Source: Octopus bimaculoides
Taxonomy: Eukaryota
Assembly (NCBI RefSeq): GCF_001194135.2
Contig: NC_068994.1
Coordinates: 5,740,169-5,804,168, forward strand
Direction: 5' to 3'
DNA: 64,000 nucleotides
The position numbers and the translations under genes were made by a program. The notes under the pieces are model-generated. The model was not told the DNA's origin. It made no database searches and saw nothing but the letters and a program-made list of their open reading frames with translations. This document shows, piece by piece, positions 51,009 through 64,000 of the stretch (positions are counted from its first letter, which is position 1; every line of letters starts with the position of its first letter).

Positions 51009-53407
51009 GTAAGTCTTTGTTTTATTATTTTTTCAACTTTTCGTGACAACGATATGAATTCTTGGGTTTGTTTTGATTTCGTTGTTTTCGCCAATAATGT
51101 GGGATTAACGGTGCTACATGATATAAAAGGAGGATCACGAATCAACAGTGGCCGAGACAAAACGCTCGTTAATTTTATATATCTTTAATCTTTACATATG
51201 GGAGGTCTTTTAAACATTAGGTTTTACATAGGATAGGTGAAAAAAAATATATAGAAAGCTCGATCCGGTAGAAATAGCAGCCAAAAATCTTCGTATGACA
51301 CCGTATGATGTCCCAGATATCCTTAGAGATGGTGGCCATAGTTGGAATACCAGGAACCTTAGATTAGCTTCATCACACGCAAGCCTTCGAAGTTAGTTTC
51401 TACGCTGTCAAAGGTCATTGAATTTCTAAATTCTTAACAATAGTGGTGAGAATGTAAGATTCATTAGAAAGAACACCAAAATGTAGACGTGATGGTCATG
51501 GCCAGAATGACTTCAGGGCTGACCTGGGGCGAAACAATGACTATTCAAAGTAATTATGATAGTTGCCAACTGTAATCAAGAATTATTTGAGGTCACGGTT
51601 GGAACGCCTTTCATCGTTAATTTTAGTGGGATCAGAGAAGTCTAGAGAAAAGTAAGTGGAAATTATGCAACAGCTGCCCCTCGAAGTCCCACACCACATA
51701 AGAAAGGCAAAAGGATGTGGAGACAGAGGACAAAAATCTAAACAGAAGAATTAAATTGAATCAAATTTTCGAAGAAAATTCAGAATTATTATTTCCATTC
51801 TATGATACACAAGAGAACTAAAAAAAAAAAAAAAGAGATAATGGAGTGGGGGGAAACCCTTTTCCTTTTTCATGAGATATGGGACTTCGAGGGACAGCTT
51901 TCCAAAAATTCTCCCCGTGAATTGACGGGTAATCTTGATTATGTTCGTAGAAAGAACGTCCTCGATCCCCATATGACAAAATAACAATATGTCTGTGTGT
52001 GTACGTACATACACATCTATTATACTACAGTATACACACAACACAATTGTATATGCTCATACAACACCTCTGTTCAGATAAACATTAACTTCAAGTCGCC
52101 AGTCTTTTATTCTAAACAAACCATTATTTACCATGCAGACAAATCCTAATAAAATAGAAAATTGCTCAGGCATTCTGAAATAAACTTGGTTATTTTTTTA
52201 TTATTTTATTTACGTTCTGAATTCAAATGCCACTGAAGTCGACTTTGTCTTTCATTCTCTCAGGGGCAATGAAATGAGTACCAGTTGAGCACGGGTCAAT
52301 GTAATCGGCTAATCCCCCCCAAAAAAAAAACGATTCAGGCCTTGTGCCTATAGGCGTGGACGAGGGTTCCAGTCGATCCAATCAACAGAACAGCCTCCTC
52401 GTGGAATTTACATGCAAGTGGCTGAGCATCCACTGACACGTGTACCCCTAACATAGTTCTCGGGGATATTCAGCGTGACACAGTGTGACAAGGCTGGCCC
52501 TTTGAATTACAGTCACAAAAGAAACAGAAAGAAAGAGCGAGAGAAAGTTGTGGTGAAAGAGCACAACAGGGTTCACCACCATCCCCTGCCAGAGCCTCGT
52601 GGAGCTTTAGGTGTTTCCGTTCAATAAACACTCACAACTTCTTAACCACAAAACAGCCCCTATGCCTATCACAGCCATTCCTGTGCCTATAATCTTCACA
52701 GATGAAATGTTGCAAACACACTTGGATGGAATAAAAAAGAAAAGGATGAGAAGAACACAGAAATTTATGAGGCCAGCTAAAATGAAATAAAATAAATACA
52801 GATATGATAACAGAAGTAAGGATCATTTCCTAAAGAGAATTCACCTATGTACAGTCAGGGAACTGTAGTACTAAATACATGCAAAAATTACAATTAGTAA
52901 TTTTAAATCAATGCTTTTCAACCCTTTTTGTTTCACCCACTCCTCATGCCAATTTACAGAACAAAAATGGCATCTCATGATAACAGATACAGGTAGTATA
53001 AAGTATATACACACACCAATCAGTGTATACAATTATTATACACCCACTCTATTACCAAATATACGGCTTCATTTTTTTTATTTAAATATTCTTAGACAAC
53101 AACTTTGTGTGTGTGTGTGTTAGGAAGGGCATCCAGCTGTAGAAACCATGCCAAATAGGACTGGAAGCTAGTGCAGCTCAAACTGTCTAACCCATGCCAA
53201 CATAGTGGACGTTAAATGATGATGACGATGATTTCACAAAAAAACAACAGACGAAGACAGGTGGTGTAAACAACAAATGGATGTATTAGTATAATGCTTG
53301 GGAATAGAGAAAGTCTTTAATGTTTCGAGCCTACGCTCTTCAACAGAAAGAAACAAGGAGAAAAAAAAAATATGTGTAGTCGTCAGCGATCTATCATGGC
53401 GAATATA

Positions 53408-53497
<90 letters not shown>

Positions 53498-56400
53498 CAC
53501 ATACATACATACACACACGGATTGATACTGAGTTAAAATTGTTCATAAGCTCTCAGTATATGAAGATACACCAGGCTAATAAATATGGCCCGTGACAGAT
53601 GTCAGAATCCAAGTAATCCAAATTCAGTGAGCTGTCACCAGTCAAATTTGTATCTATCTGCTGACATTACTGGATTGAGTGGTACTGTGCAGGTATTGAA
53701 ACCATATTGATATCCGTTTGGCAGCTGATGATCTGAATGCATATTTGTTATGCTTGTTTGTGGATTTTTATATCTTAGTTTTATTATTCAGAGTTGTCTT
53801 TCATGATAGTAAAGTGGAAAGTGCTTGCGGTTTCATGGTTTTTGGAGATTACATACATTGATATTGGTTGTTTTTCTTCATAGATAATCTTATTAATCTT
53901 AGATAATGCATACATATTGGTGTCTAGTTTTGGGAGATTCTCAGTCAGTAGACTGTAGTTATTATGCTGGAGCGCCACTTTGCAGAATTTTAGCCAAACA
54001 AATTGACCCCAGTATTGTTTTTTTAAGCCTGGTGCTTATTCTCTTTGTCTCTTTGGCCAAACTGCCAAGTTACAGGGATGTCAACACACCAACACTGGTT
54101 ATCAAGCAATAGTGGGGAACAAAACCAAAAACATATACACATTTATATTCTTTTATTTTTTTACTTGTTTCAGTAATTTTGACTGTGGCCATACTGGAGC
54201 ACAGCATTTAGTCAAACAACTCGACCCCAGGACTTATTCTTTGTAAACCTAGTCCTTATTCTTATTTCGTTATTGCCCACAAGGGGCTAAACATAGAGGG
54301 GACAAACAAGGACAGACAAAGGGATTAAGTCAATTACATCGACCCCAGTGCGTAACTGGTACTTAATTTATCGACCCCCGAAAGGATGAAAGGCAAAGTC
54401 GACCTCGGCGGAATTTGAACTCAGAACGTAACGGCAGACGAAATACCGCTAAGCATCTCGCCCGGCGCGCTAACGTTTCTGCCAGCTCGCCGCCTTCGTC
54501 CTTATTCTATCGATCTTTTTTGCCGAACCACTAAGTAACAGGGACGTAAATACACCAACATCAGTTGTTAANNNNNNNNNNNNNNNNNNNNNNNNNNNNN
54601 NNNNNNNNNNNNNNNNNNNNNNNNNNNNNNNNNNNNNNNNNNNNNNNNNNNNNNNNNNNNNNNNNNNNNNNNNNNNNNNNNNNNNNNNNNNNNNNNNNNN
54701 NNNNNNNNNNNNNNNNNNNNNNNNNNNNNNNNNNNNNNNNNNNNNNNNNNNNNNNNNNNNNNNNNNNNNNNNNNNNNNNNNNNNNNNNNNNNNNNNNNNN
54801 NNNNNNNNNNNNNNNNNNNNNNNNNNNNNNNNNNNNNNNNNNNNNNNNNNNNNNNNNNNNNNNNNNNNNNNNNNNNNNNNNNNNNNNNNNNNNNNNNNNN
54901 NNNNNNNNNNNNNNNNNNNNNNNNNNNNNNNNNNNNNNNNNNNNNNNNNNNNNNNNNNNNNNNNNNNNNNNNNNNNNNNNNNNNNNNNNNNNNNNNNNNN
55001 NNNNNNNNNNNNNNNNNNNNNNNNNNNNNNNNNNNNNNNNNNNNNNNNNNNNNNNNNNNNNNNNNNNNNNNNNNNNNNNNNNNNNNNNNNNNNNNNNNNN
55101 NNNNNNNNNNNNNNNNNNNNNNNNNNNNNNNNNNNNNNNNNNNNNNNNNNNNNNNNNNNNNNNNNNNNNNNNNNNNNNNNNNNNNNNNNNNNNNNNNNNN
55201 NNNNNNNNNNNNNNTTTCTCCGACTATATTACCAATGCGTTCTTTTTACTGCGATTTGAAAGAGATTTGGTTGCTATTTCCAGCCGATAAAATGACCACC
55301 ATATTAGAGTTCCTTCGGTGGGTTTCTTTTTTTTTTTTTTTTCTAATTATGTTGTATCATAACTTCCTTATGTTGTTTAGTTACAATCCGGTCGCAGAAC
55401 AGATAGATCTTTGGTCAAATGTATTCCACTTACGACCTTCCCGTTTTTTTTTTTTTTGTTTTGTTTTTTTCCAGGAATATACCCTCTTTCTTTTTCATTT
55501 AGACTGTCTGATGTGAGCCTAGGAAAATTTATCTGGTCTTTCTTGCCAGACAAGCAGCTGTGCCAAAGCTCCCTCGTTTATTCTTCTAGTATCTAAGCTG
55601 TATGGCTGTATCTAATAATCTTTTTATTGTCTTTCAACCTACTAGAGATGATAGGCAAGTCACATCCTATCATCTTAACAAAAAAAAAAACACAGGTGCA
55701 TTGGATAATCATCATCATCATCGTCATCGTCGTTTAACGTCCGCTTTCCTTGCTGGCAAGGGTTGGACGGTTTGACTGAGGACTGGCAAGCTAGGGGGCT
55801 GTACCAGGCCCCAGTCTGATCTGGCAAGGTTTCTACAGCTGGATGCTCTTCCTAACACCAACCACTCTGAGCATGTAGTGGGTGTTTTTTACGTACCACC
55901 GACACGAGAGCCAGTCAGGCGGTACTGGCTGGCATCGACCACGCTTGAATGGTGCTTTTTTATGTTCAAGCATGGTCGATGCCAGTATAATGTAGTTTTA
56001 AATACCCTTAAGAAAGACAGGAGGGTCGTGGTCGAAATGCCTTCAACCATAAGTGTAGTAGGCACTATACTGATGGCATCCAGCGGTCTCGTGAGACCAT
56101 GGATCTGCGCCCGAAGAAATCGTGTCTGCTGCTGATGGTGGTGCAGTGTCCGGTGTGGGTGTGGCAGTCACTCATACAACAACTGCATTTGAAGGAGATA
56201 ATTTAAATTGATCTTCAACTAAACAACAACAGGGCATTATTGCAAACCTGTCTGCAGTGCTTGCAGTAGAAGAGATTTCCCTGAAGGGACACAACAGAGG
56301 CTGAATAGAATGTCTCCACAGTCAAAACTAAAGAATAACAATGGAATAGTTCAGTAAAATCTAATAAAGAAGATGGCAGGACTCTGTTCATTTTCAGGTT

Positions 56401-58812
56401 TTAGGAGATTCTTCTTATCCGGACATCTAAGTGTTCCATTAACCCTTTAACATTTAAACCAGCAATTTTTAGGGCAGGGGTTACTCAATACCATCAACCC
56501 CTGCACTTGACTGATACTATATTTGATGACCCTTGTCATGAAGTTCAGTGCTTTACAAATAGCATTTAATTTGTTTGTTTTTTTTTCTTCTTCTTTTGTA
56601 ATTGCAGATCAACTTCAGGGCTTTGTTTCCTGACATGGAACAATCTTTCAAGAGTAGCTACAGATGCTATTCTGTTTCATTAATGAGAGAGCGAGAACGG
56701 GATGTGGAGAAAGGTGGCAAAAGTAAGTATTTTACTTCCGTCTTTATTCTGCTTTAAATTTTGAGTATTTTATTGGTTTCAGCCAATGAACTGTGGCCAT
56801 ACTGGAGCACCGTCACTATCAATGGTATTTTGTTAATTATATCAAACCCAGCACTTGTGGCACCAGTACTTACCAATTCCAGAAGTATGGAAAGCTGTTA
56901 ATACTCTCTTTTACTTATTTCAGTCATTTGACTGTGGCCATGCTGGAGCACCACCTTTTGGCGAAGAAATCGACCCCAGGACTTATTCTTTGTAAGCCTA
57001 GTACATATTCTATCGGTCTCTTTTGCTGAACCACTAAGTTACGGGGACGTAAATACACCAGCATCGATTGACAAGCGATGTTGGGGGACAAACACAGACA
57101 CACATACATATATATATATATATACGACGGGCTTCTTTCAGTTTCTGCCTACCAAATCCACTCACAAGGCTTNNNNNNNNNNTATATATATATATATATA
57201 CGACGGGCTTCTTTCAGTTTCTGCCTACCAAATCCACTCACAAGGCTTTGGTCGGCCCGAAGCTATAGTAGAAGACACTTGCAATTTGAACTCGGAACGT
57301 AAAGACTGACGAAATACCGGTAAGCGTTTCGCCCAGCATACTAACGATTCTGCCAGCTAAATATTTTTATAATGACTTATTACTCAAATGTTAAGTTATG
57401 GCTATCTGGTAAAAAATTTTGCTTAGTAACCATGTGGTTCCTGGTTCAGTCCCACTGCACAGTACCTTGAGTATGTATCTGTGTTTGTGTGTCCCCACCC
57501 CACCGCTTGACAACTGTGTTTATGTTTCCCGTAGCTTAGCAGTCCAGCAAAGGAGACCGAAAGTACCAGTCTTGATTTGTCCGACTAAAACCCTTCGGGG
57601 CAGAACCCCAGCATGGCCGCAGTCAAGTGACTGTAACAAATAGAAGCAGAAAGTTTATAATCTCCTCTAATGTTTGAAAGTCAACACTAGGAGTAAGCTA
57701 CGCTGTTGATGTCTTCTTGAGAAATGAAGTGACTTCATTTGTATTAAATGTAATTTGTCTTTCTCTTCCAGTTATTATGCCAACATCAGCTCTGGACAAG
57801 TTGAGTAAGTATGATTTAACTCTTTTGTTTCCATACTTCCAATGAAACACATAATCTGGGGTTTTTTCTTGTACAGGTTCATGTATTATTTGTTTGTTTC
57901 TCTCCTCTTCATTTATTTGGCTGGGTTTTTTATTGATCTAACTACCAATACATACAAGGGGACCCAAAAGTAGGTTTACAGTTATTCAGCAATCTCTTTC
58001 ACATTCATATATTAACAGTTTAGATCTTAATTACAAAAAAAAAATGAAACCATTATTCTATGGTAATTTAGTTAATTTCGTCAAGCTCCCTTTTCAGTTT
58101 GTAAAATAGATATTTAAATGTAATAAAATGTTTTAAAAGAAATTTAAAGTGCCTACGTGATAACTGTTAACCTACTTATTTTTTTTTCCCTCTTTGTAGC
58201 CCGGACGAAGATCATGTACCCTATGCTGTTCAAGCTTAGTAATGTTGAGAAAAACCGGCATACACACTGTGGTGTTTTAGAGTTTGTAGCTGATGAAGGA
58301 CTTGTTTATCTACCATATTGGGTAAGATTTTTGCCCTCAATTAAGATATTTTAACCTCTCAACATACACATTGTTTTTCAATTTCCTTGCAGAAAGTATA
58401 TTTTTTTATTCTTTATTTTGAATCTGTATATAAGGAAGAATAAATACATAAATTATTTTGGATCAGTCATGATTTATTATGAAGTTACTGATAGTTAAAG
58501 ATAGAAAACGGGAATAACATCATAAACGAAGTATTTGGGGTTAGAAATTTTGTTCATTAACTTTATTACTAACATTAAGGCAGTGAGCTGGCGGAATCGT
58601 TAGCACGCCAGGCAAAATGCTTCGTGGCATTTTGTCCATCTTTATGCTCTGAGTTCTAATTCTGCCGAGGTCAACTTTTCCTTTCATTCTTTCGGAGTCG
58701 ATAAATTAAGTACCGGTCAAGTACTGGGGTTGATTTGATTGACTATCCCACTTCCCCACAAATTCCAGGCCTTGTGCCTATAATAGAAAGGATCATCATT
58801 ATTATTATTATT

Positions 58813-58849
<37 letters not shown>

Positions 58850-58883
58850 GCACCACCACTATCACCATCACCATCATCATCAC

Positions 58884-58932
<49 letters not shown>

Positions 58933-60965
58933 GCAGCAAGCTGGCAGAATCATTAGCACGTTGGACAAAATGTTTAGCGGTATTTCACCCATCGCTACGT
59001 TCTGAGTTCAAATTCCACCAAGGTCAACTTTGCCTTTCTTCCTGAAGGGTCGATGTAATCAACTAGTCCCCTCCCCACAAATTTCAGACCGTGTGTCTAT
59101 GGTAGAAAGATCTATTATTATTATTCTTTATTTGTTTTATTTTTATAGATGATGAAAAATCTACTTTTAGACGAAGGAACAAAACTCACTGTAGAAAATG
59201 TCAATTTGCCTGTTGCAACGTTTGCTAAGTTCCAGCCTCAACAAACAGAATTTCTTGATATTTCAAATCCTAAAGCTGTGTATCCTTTTAAAATAAATTA
59301 CATGTTGCTTTTGTTTAACCCCAGGTCTACCTCAATTCAGCCCAAAGACCTATGCCCAAAGATTTTCAATTCAAACCATCTTTCCTTTTGTATATCTAAG
59401 ACATTATCCAATTTGTCCCTCTCTTTCAAAACAGTAAGGTGAAATTTGAGAGAGATTTGGTTGTTATTTCTTGCATGTTGTACAGCTACGTAGAAGCTTC
59501 CTCATTGACTCATAGGTAAGCCACATTGCTATGTTATATTTAAGGGCACTGAATGGAATAATCAGTGAAGTGACAGACAAAATTCCTTCAAGAGAGAACA
59601 TTGCGAAAATATATGTATAAATTAATAGAAGGTGTTGAGAGGGTATGTATGTTAAAGGGTAAAGACCCCCTTCGGTCATGACTGACCATGGGATTGCACC
59701 TAGAAAGTTACCTTCCGAGGCACAAGTCCGGGCAAGGTTATTTATGGAAGACCAGCAGTCGCCCATGCATGCCAGCCTCCCCTCTCTACGCTACTGATGA
59801 TATCCAAGGGAAAGGCAAAGGGGCCGATACAGCTTGGCACCAGTGATGTTGCAACTCATTTCTACAGCTGAGTGAACTGGAGCAAAGTGAAATAAAGTGT
59901 CTTGCTCAAGAACACAACACGCAGCCTGGTCTGGGAATCGAACTCACAACCTCGCCATGCGCCTATATATCTTATAATTATAGACATGATTGTGTGGTAA
60001 GAATCTTGCTTCCTATCCACATATTTGCAGGTTCAGTCTTGCGTGGCACTGTGGGCAAGTGTCTTCTACCATAGCCTCGGACTGGCCAAAGCCTTGCGAG
60101 TGGATTTGGTAGATGGAAACTAATGGAAGCCTGTTATATGTGTGTGTGTTTGACCTCATCACCACCACAGCTTGACAACTGTCGCTGGTGTGTTTGTGTC
60201 CCTGTAACGTAGCAGTTTAGCAAAAGAGAATGATAGACTAAAACTTTTTCACAGCAGTACCCCAGCATGGCTGCAATCCAATGACTGAAACAAGTAAAAC
60301 ATAAAATTTATGTAAATGATGATTTCTCCTTAATTCTTCGTGAAGGTTAGAGAATGCTCTAAGAAACTTTGCCTGTCTTACCGTTGGAGATGTTGTTGCC
60401 ATAAAATATAACGACAAGGTAAGTGTAAATACTTGACATCTTCCGTGTGTTGTCCATTTTGGTTTGGCTAAGGAAAAACATATTCTGTATAGAAGTGGAC
60501 ATTGTTTTCTTCAGTGGTTTTCCTACCTTCCCTTTCACCTCCCCCTTGCCTTCCTCTCACTTTACATTCACACCTGCTCACCATCCTCCTGCACACTCCT
60601 TACCCCACACTTTTACACCTCAAGAAATCACTTCACCCCATACCACTCACACCCACCTTCCCTTATGCCTATCTTCATAAAGGATACCTCCCTACACATG
60701 CACACACGACCCCATTTCCTCTTCTCTAACCCCCTCCTCCTCATAGAACTACTTTCCCACCCAGCCTTTTAATCCCTTTTTTTTTTTTATCTTTCCCATC
60801 ACCTTTCCTCTTGTTTTCTTCTCAGTCTTTCCTTTTTCTGATGAAGGACTAATGTCCAAAACTTTAAACACACTTTCGCTTCCTTTCATGTTTTATACTC
60901 ATAACACCTTTGTTAAAACTTGTCTGCTCTTCGAGGATGTGTGTGTACATATATGTCTTGTTGCA

Positions 60966-61000
<35 letters not shown>

Positions 61001-62673
61001 GCATGCATGTTTGTGTATGTGTGTGTGTGTGTATATAATGTGAATAAAGTTGTGCCTGTCAAACTCAAATAAAACCTTGGAAACATCTTTGACAATCACT
61101 GAGGAAACAACAACAATATATAAAACATATTATCCAGGCATGTGCCATCAGTAATTACTCAGGGTAGGCAGTAGTTGGTGATGTTTATATAGTAAAACAC
61201 AAGAAAATAAGCAAAATACAGGCACATGACTGAGCTGTAGGCAAATTTACTTCTGCCTTTATAGTACATAAAGAAAACATTGTTGTAGGAATGTCCACAG
61301 CACGTGTACTACAGCAGTTCTATGCATAGCTTTAATACTAAGATTGAAAGGCAAGAACAAATTATGCCTAACTAATCTACAAAAAATAAAATATTTTGTA
61401 TTTTATGCATGGTAATCAGAGTAACCTTCATAATTTTATTGAATTAGGTGCATATTTTGCCATTACTATCGATCTATTTTATTCAGGGTAGGCACTGCCT
61501 ACCTTGCCTACATACCCAGGTGGCACGTCCCTGGTATTATTCATTCCTGTTCTAAATTGTCTTTATTCTTATTGTATTTTCTCACAGATATATGAATTAT
61601 GTGTCCTTGAAACAAAACCTGGTCCTGCTGTGTCAATCATTGAATGTGATATGAATGTAAGTACCCCCATTGCTGGGGATCTTTATTGTTTCTCAGACTT
61701 TCACATGAAAGATATATTTCATTGAGAGTACAAATATACTTTTTTATTTGTTTAGTTTAGTCCATGGTAAAAGGAGTATGCTCCTGATCTTTTGTAAGGG
61801 CTTCAAAACTTGTGGGAGAAAATTCATCCCAGACAAGAATCTTGCAAACCAAACACAAAAACGAAAAAGAAATTCATGCTTTTTTAATTACATCTTCTTC
61901 CAGGTTGAATTTGCTCCACCTGTTGGCTATCAAGAACCTCACTCAATGCATAAAACATCTTCAGATGAAGAAGAAGATAAAGACCATGAGGTAACTTCCA
62001 TAAGATATCGTTAAATGCATGTCTTATCATCATCATCGTCTTCATTGTCGTCATTGTTCAATTTTCACTTTTCCACAATTGCATGAGTCACAGAATTTTT
62101 TTGAGGAAGATTTTCGACAGCTCAGTGTGTGTGTATACGTTTGTGTGTCTATGTTTGTCCCCCCAACATCGCTTGGCAACCAGTGCTGGTGTGCTTACAT
62201 CCCCGTAACTTAGCAGTTCGGCAAAGGAGACCGATAGAATAAGTACTAGGCATCCAAAGAATAAGTCCTGGGGTCGATTTGCTCAACTAAAGGCGGTGCT
62301 CCAGCATGGCCGCAGTCAAATGACTGAAACAAGTAAAAGAGTCTGTTATAAAATTATCTCATTATCTAATGTCTAAAGATAAACAAACTGTTATTTAGCC
62401 CCTAGAAACCCCTAACTGCCCACACAGAATCAAAGATGTTCCGGTGGTTGGAGATCTTTTTGCTATGACAAAGGCATCTTTGCCACAAACATGCTACACC
62501 CAGATTCACTTCGTCCTAAACATCATTATATCTTTATGTAGAACTTCCTTCAGTGACTCATATAAAAGATAAAATTAAATAAATAAGATGGCATTGTATG
62601 TTAAAATGTAATTGGTAAATTTTACATTAAATGTAAATTTAATAAATAAATTTTACGTATTTAAATGACATTA

Positions 62674-62714
<41 letters not shown>

Positions 62715-63714
62715 GCTAGATTACCTCAGACTCACAGCAAACAGCACCACAATTCTGTGTAAGTAACTCAACTATATATAATCATCATCATCATCATTAT
62801 CATTATCATCATCATCATTATCATCATCATCATTAAATGTCTGTATTCTATGTTGGTGTGTGTTGAACAGCTCAACAGGATCTGAGAAGTGAGGAAACTG
62901 CATCAAGCCCCCAGTGTCTGCTCTCACAGGGGTTTCTACAACTGGATGGCCCTTTCTAATGCCAACCATTTTGCAGTGTGTACTGGGTGCTCTTTTCCTG
63001 GCATTGGCACTAATGAGGTTGCCTGGTAACTTGTAAGACAAGCTCCCATGACAGAATGAGCATATATGTATGTACATACATACATACATACATACATACA
63101 TACAACAGGCTTCTTTTAATTTCTATTGATCATATTCACTCACAAGGCTTTTGTTAAGCTGGGGCTGTAGTTGAAGACATTTGCCCAAAGTGCCATACAA
63201 TGGGATTGAACCCACTTTCCACCTATCAAATGTCTTTCACAAGGCTTTGGTTGGTTTGAAACTACAATAGAAGATATGATACATTGGGATTGAACCCATG
63301 TCTTCACAGTTGTGGAACAAGTGAGCCTCTGCACAGCCATGCCTGCTCAACTGGAAGAAATCCTTTAACATTTTAGCATTTAAACTGACTAAATCCAGCC
63401 CAAATATTCTCCCTGTTTTATGTTCAAACTGACCAGATCTGGTCTCTTACACCTACCCGACAATGTCATTCAAAAGCTAAACAATCATATCATTCAAATG
63501 TCAAAACTCTGATATAACACATGATTAATTTGAGACAAAGTTAATGAATAAACATTAAAGCTGACAGTTGTCCCTTGGATTTTTTTTTTACTTGCTTTGA
63601 TTTTTTTTTTTCTTCTCTTTGACAGGCATTCACTGGGGAAGGAAACCGACTCGATGGCAAGAAAAAAATATCTGACACTGAACCCGTCATTGCTCAGCCT
63701 GCCACTCATAAACG
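51006..63714 (+). CDS. UFD1: Ubiquitin fusion degradation protein 1 (ERAD-associated p97 cofactor), exons 1-10; the 3' end is outside the window
   Basis: Exons 51006-51008 (ATG only, tentative), 56608-56722, 57772-57804, 58200-58321, 59149-59279, 60346-60418, 61588-61656, 61904-61990, 62720-62758, 63626-63714. GT-AG and frame-continuous. Motifs [66 protein letters not shown]. Confidence 0.96.
54263..54497 (-). mobile_element. tRNA-derived SINE family B, young full-length copy inserted into a family A copy
   Basis: 11-bp TSD GTCCTTATTCT (54252-54262 / 54498-54508); head AAGGCGGCGAGCTGGCAG...GAGTTCAAATTCC. Near-identical copy at 4855-5090(-); others near 14030-14310(-), 22945-23155, 38878-39090, 45570-45770, 58577-58790, 58935-59110, 63870-64000. 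Confidence 0.88.
55715..55965 (+). repeat. Interspersed repeat beginning with (CAT)n-CGTTTAACGTCCGCTTTCC
   Basis: Shares TTTCTACAGCTGGATGC..TTCCTAAC.CCAACC with copies near 53115-53230(-) and 62820-63010(+). Confidence 0.7.
56608..56722 (+). CDS. UFD1: UFD1 exon 2 (INFRALF...DVEKGGK)
   Basis: 115 nt, TTGCAG acceptor, GTAAGT donor. Confidence 0.92.
57772..57804 (+). CDS. UFD1: UFD1 exon 3 ([10 protein letters not shown])
   Basis: 33 nt, AG/GTAAGT. Confidence 0.95.
   Translation, partial: LLCQHQLWTS
58200..58321 (+). CDS. UFD1: UFD1 exon 4 ([12 protein letters not shown]...LPYW)
   Basis: 122 nt, AG/GT. Confidence 0.97.
59149..59279 (+). CDS. UFD1: UFD1 exon 5 ([10 protein letters not shown]...NPKA)
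   Basis: 131 nt, AG/GT. Confidence 0.96.
59642..59955 (-). mobile_element. tRNA-derived SINE (further family) in UFD1 intron 5
   Basis: The minus strand starts with a B-box-like GAGTTCGATTCCCAGACC followed by TGTTCTTGAGCAAGACACTTTATTTCAC, shared with the other SINE bodies. Confidence 0.7.
60346..60418 (+). CDS. UFD1: UFD1 exon 6 ([12 protein letters not shown]...YNDK)
   Basis: 73 nt, AG/GTAAGT. Confidence 0.96.
61588..61656 (+). CDS. UFD1: UFD1 exon 7 ([23 protein letters not shown])
   Basis: 69 nt, AG/GTAAGT. Confidence 0.96.
61904..61990 (+). CDS. UFD1: UFD1 exon 8 ([12 protein letters not shown]...DHE)
   Basis: 87 nt, AG/GT. Confidence 0.94.
62720..62758 (+). CDS. UFD1: UFD1 exon 9 ([13 protein letters not shown])
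   Basis: 39 nt, phase 0-0, 38-nt poly-T tract upstream, GTAAGT donor; low sequence conservation. Confidence 0.75.
63626..63714 (+). CDS. UFD1: UFD1 exon 10 ([14 protein letters not shown]...HK)
   Basis: 89 nt, AG/GT; contains the SHP-box-like FTGEGNRL. Confidence 0.95.
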
Positions 63715-64000
63715 GTATGTATGCTATTTGTGTCAGTAATTATGTATTTTAGTTATGTCAGTAATTATTGAAGTGTCATTTAGTCCATGTACAAGATTTT
63801 ACAATGGTTGATATAAAGGAGTTGTTTATGGAAGGAACAATTGAACAATAAACAATATATCACTCAGAAACGTTAGCAAGCCAGACGAAATGCTTAGCGG
63901 TATTTCGTCTGTCTTTATGTTCTGAGTTCAAATTCCACCGAGGTCGACTTTGCCTTTCATCCTTTCGGGATCAATAAATTAAGTACCAGTTGCGAACTGG

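Noticed and set aside
57115-57240. Exact direct duplication of about 55 bp on either side of a 10-N gap
   Set aside because: Typical unmerged contig overlap, so an assembly artefact.

Overview
AT-rich, microsatellite- and SINE-dense animal genomic scaffold with nine N-gaps. The repeat landscape, the long effector-less C2H2 gene and the (AT)n/(CA)n/(TATG)n load point to an octopus/cephalopod genome (inference). Four protein genes are supported: an intronless UDP-glycosyltransferase (minus, 11102-12703); a 21-finger C2H2 zinc-finger gene (plus, 20754-22691); a complete 14-exon V-ATPase subunit B gene (minus, 44171 to 25253, 509 aa); and exons 1-10 of UFD1 (plus, 51006 to 63714, running off the window). 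One tRNA-Leu(UAG) gene (minus, 48256-48337) lies between the divergent ATP6V1B and UFD1 genes. The rest is tRNA-derived SINEs of several families, hAT- and piggyBac-like non-autonomous elements with intact TSDs, and decayed LINE ends. I found no clearly new multi-gene system. The best leads are: (i) several dispersed minimal hammerhead-ribozyme-like motifs, one with a 10-bp pseudoknot; (ii) a UGT with an eroded sugar-donor signature, an extra C-terminal hydrophobic segment and a duplicated C-terminal relic; (iii) long palindromes and inverted SINE pairs in introns that could be ADAR substrates; (iv) a PDZ-type tail on V-ATPase B; (v) a minisatellite built from a SINE 5' end. Coordinates were counted by hand. 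Exon boundaries were checked for GT-AG and frame; repeat boundaries are approximate.
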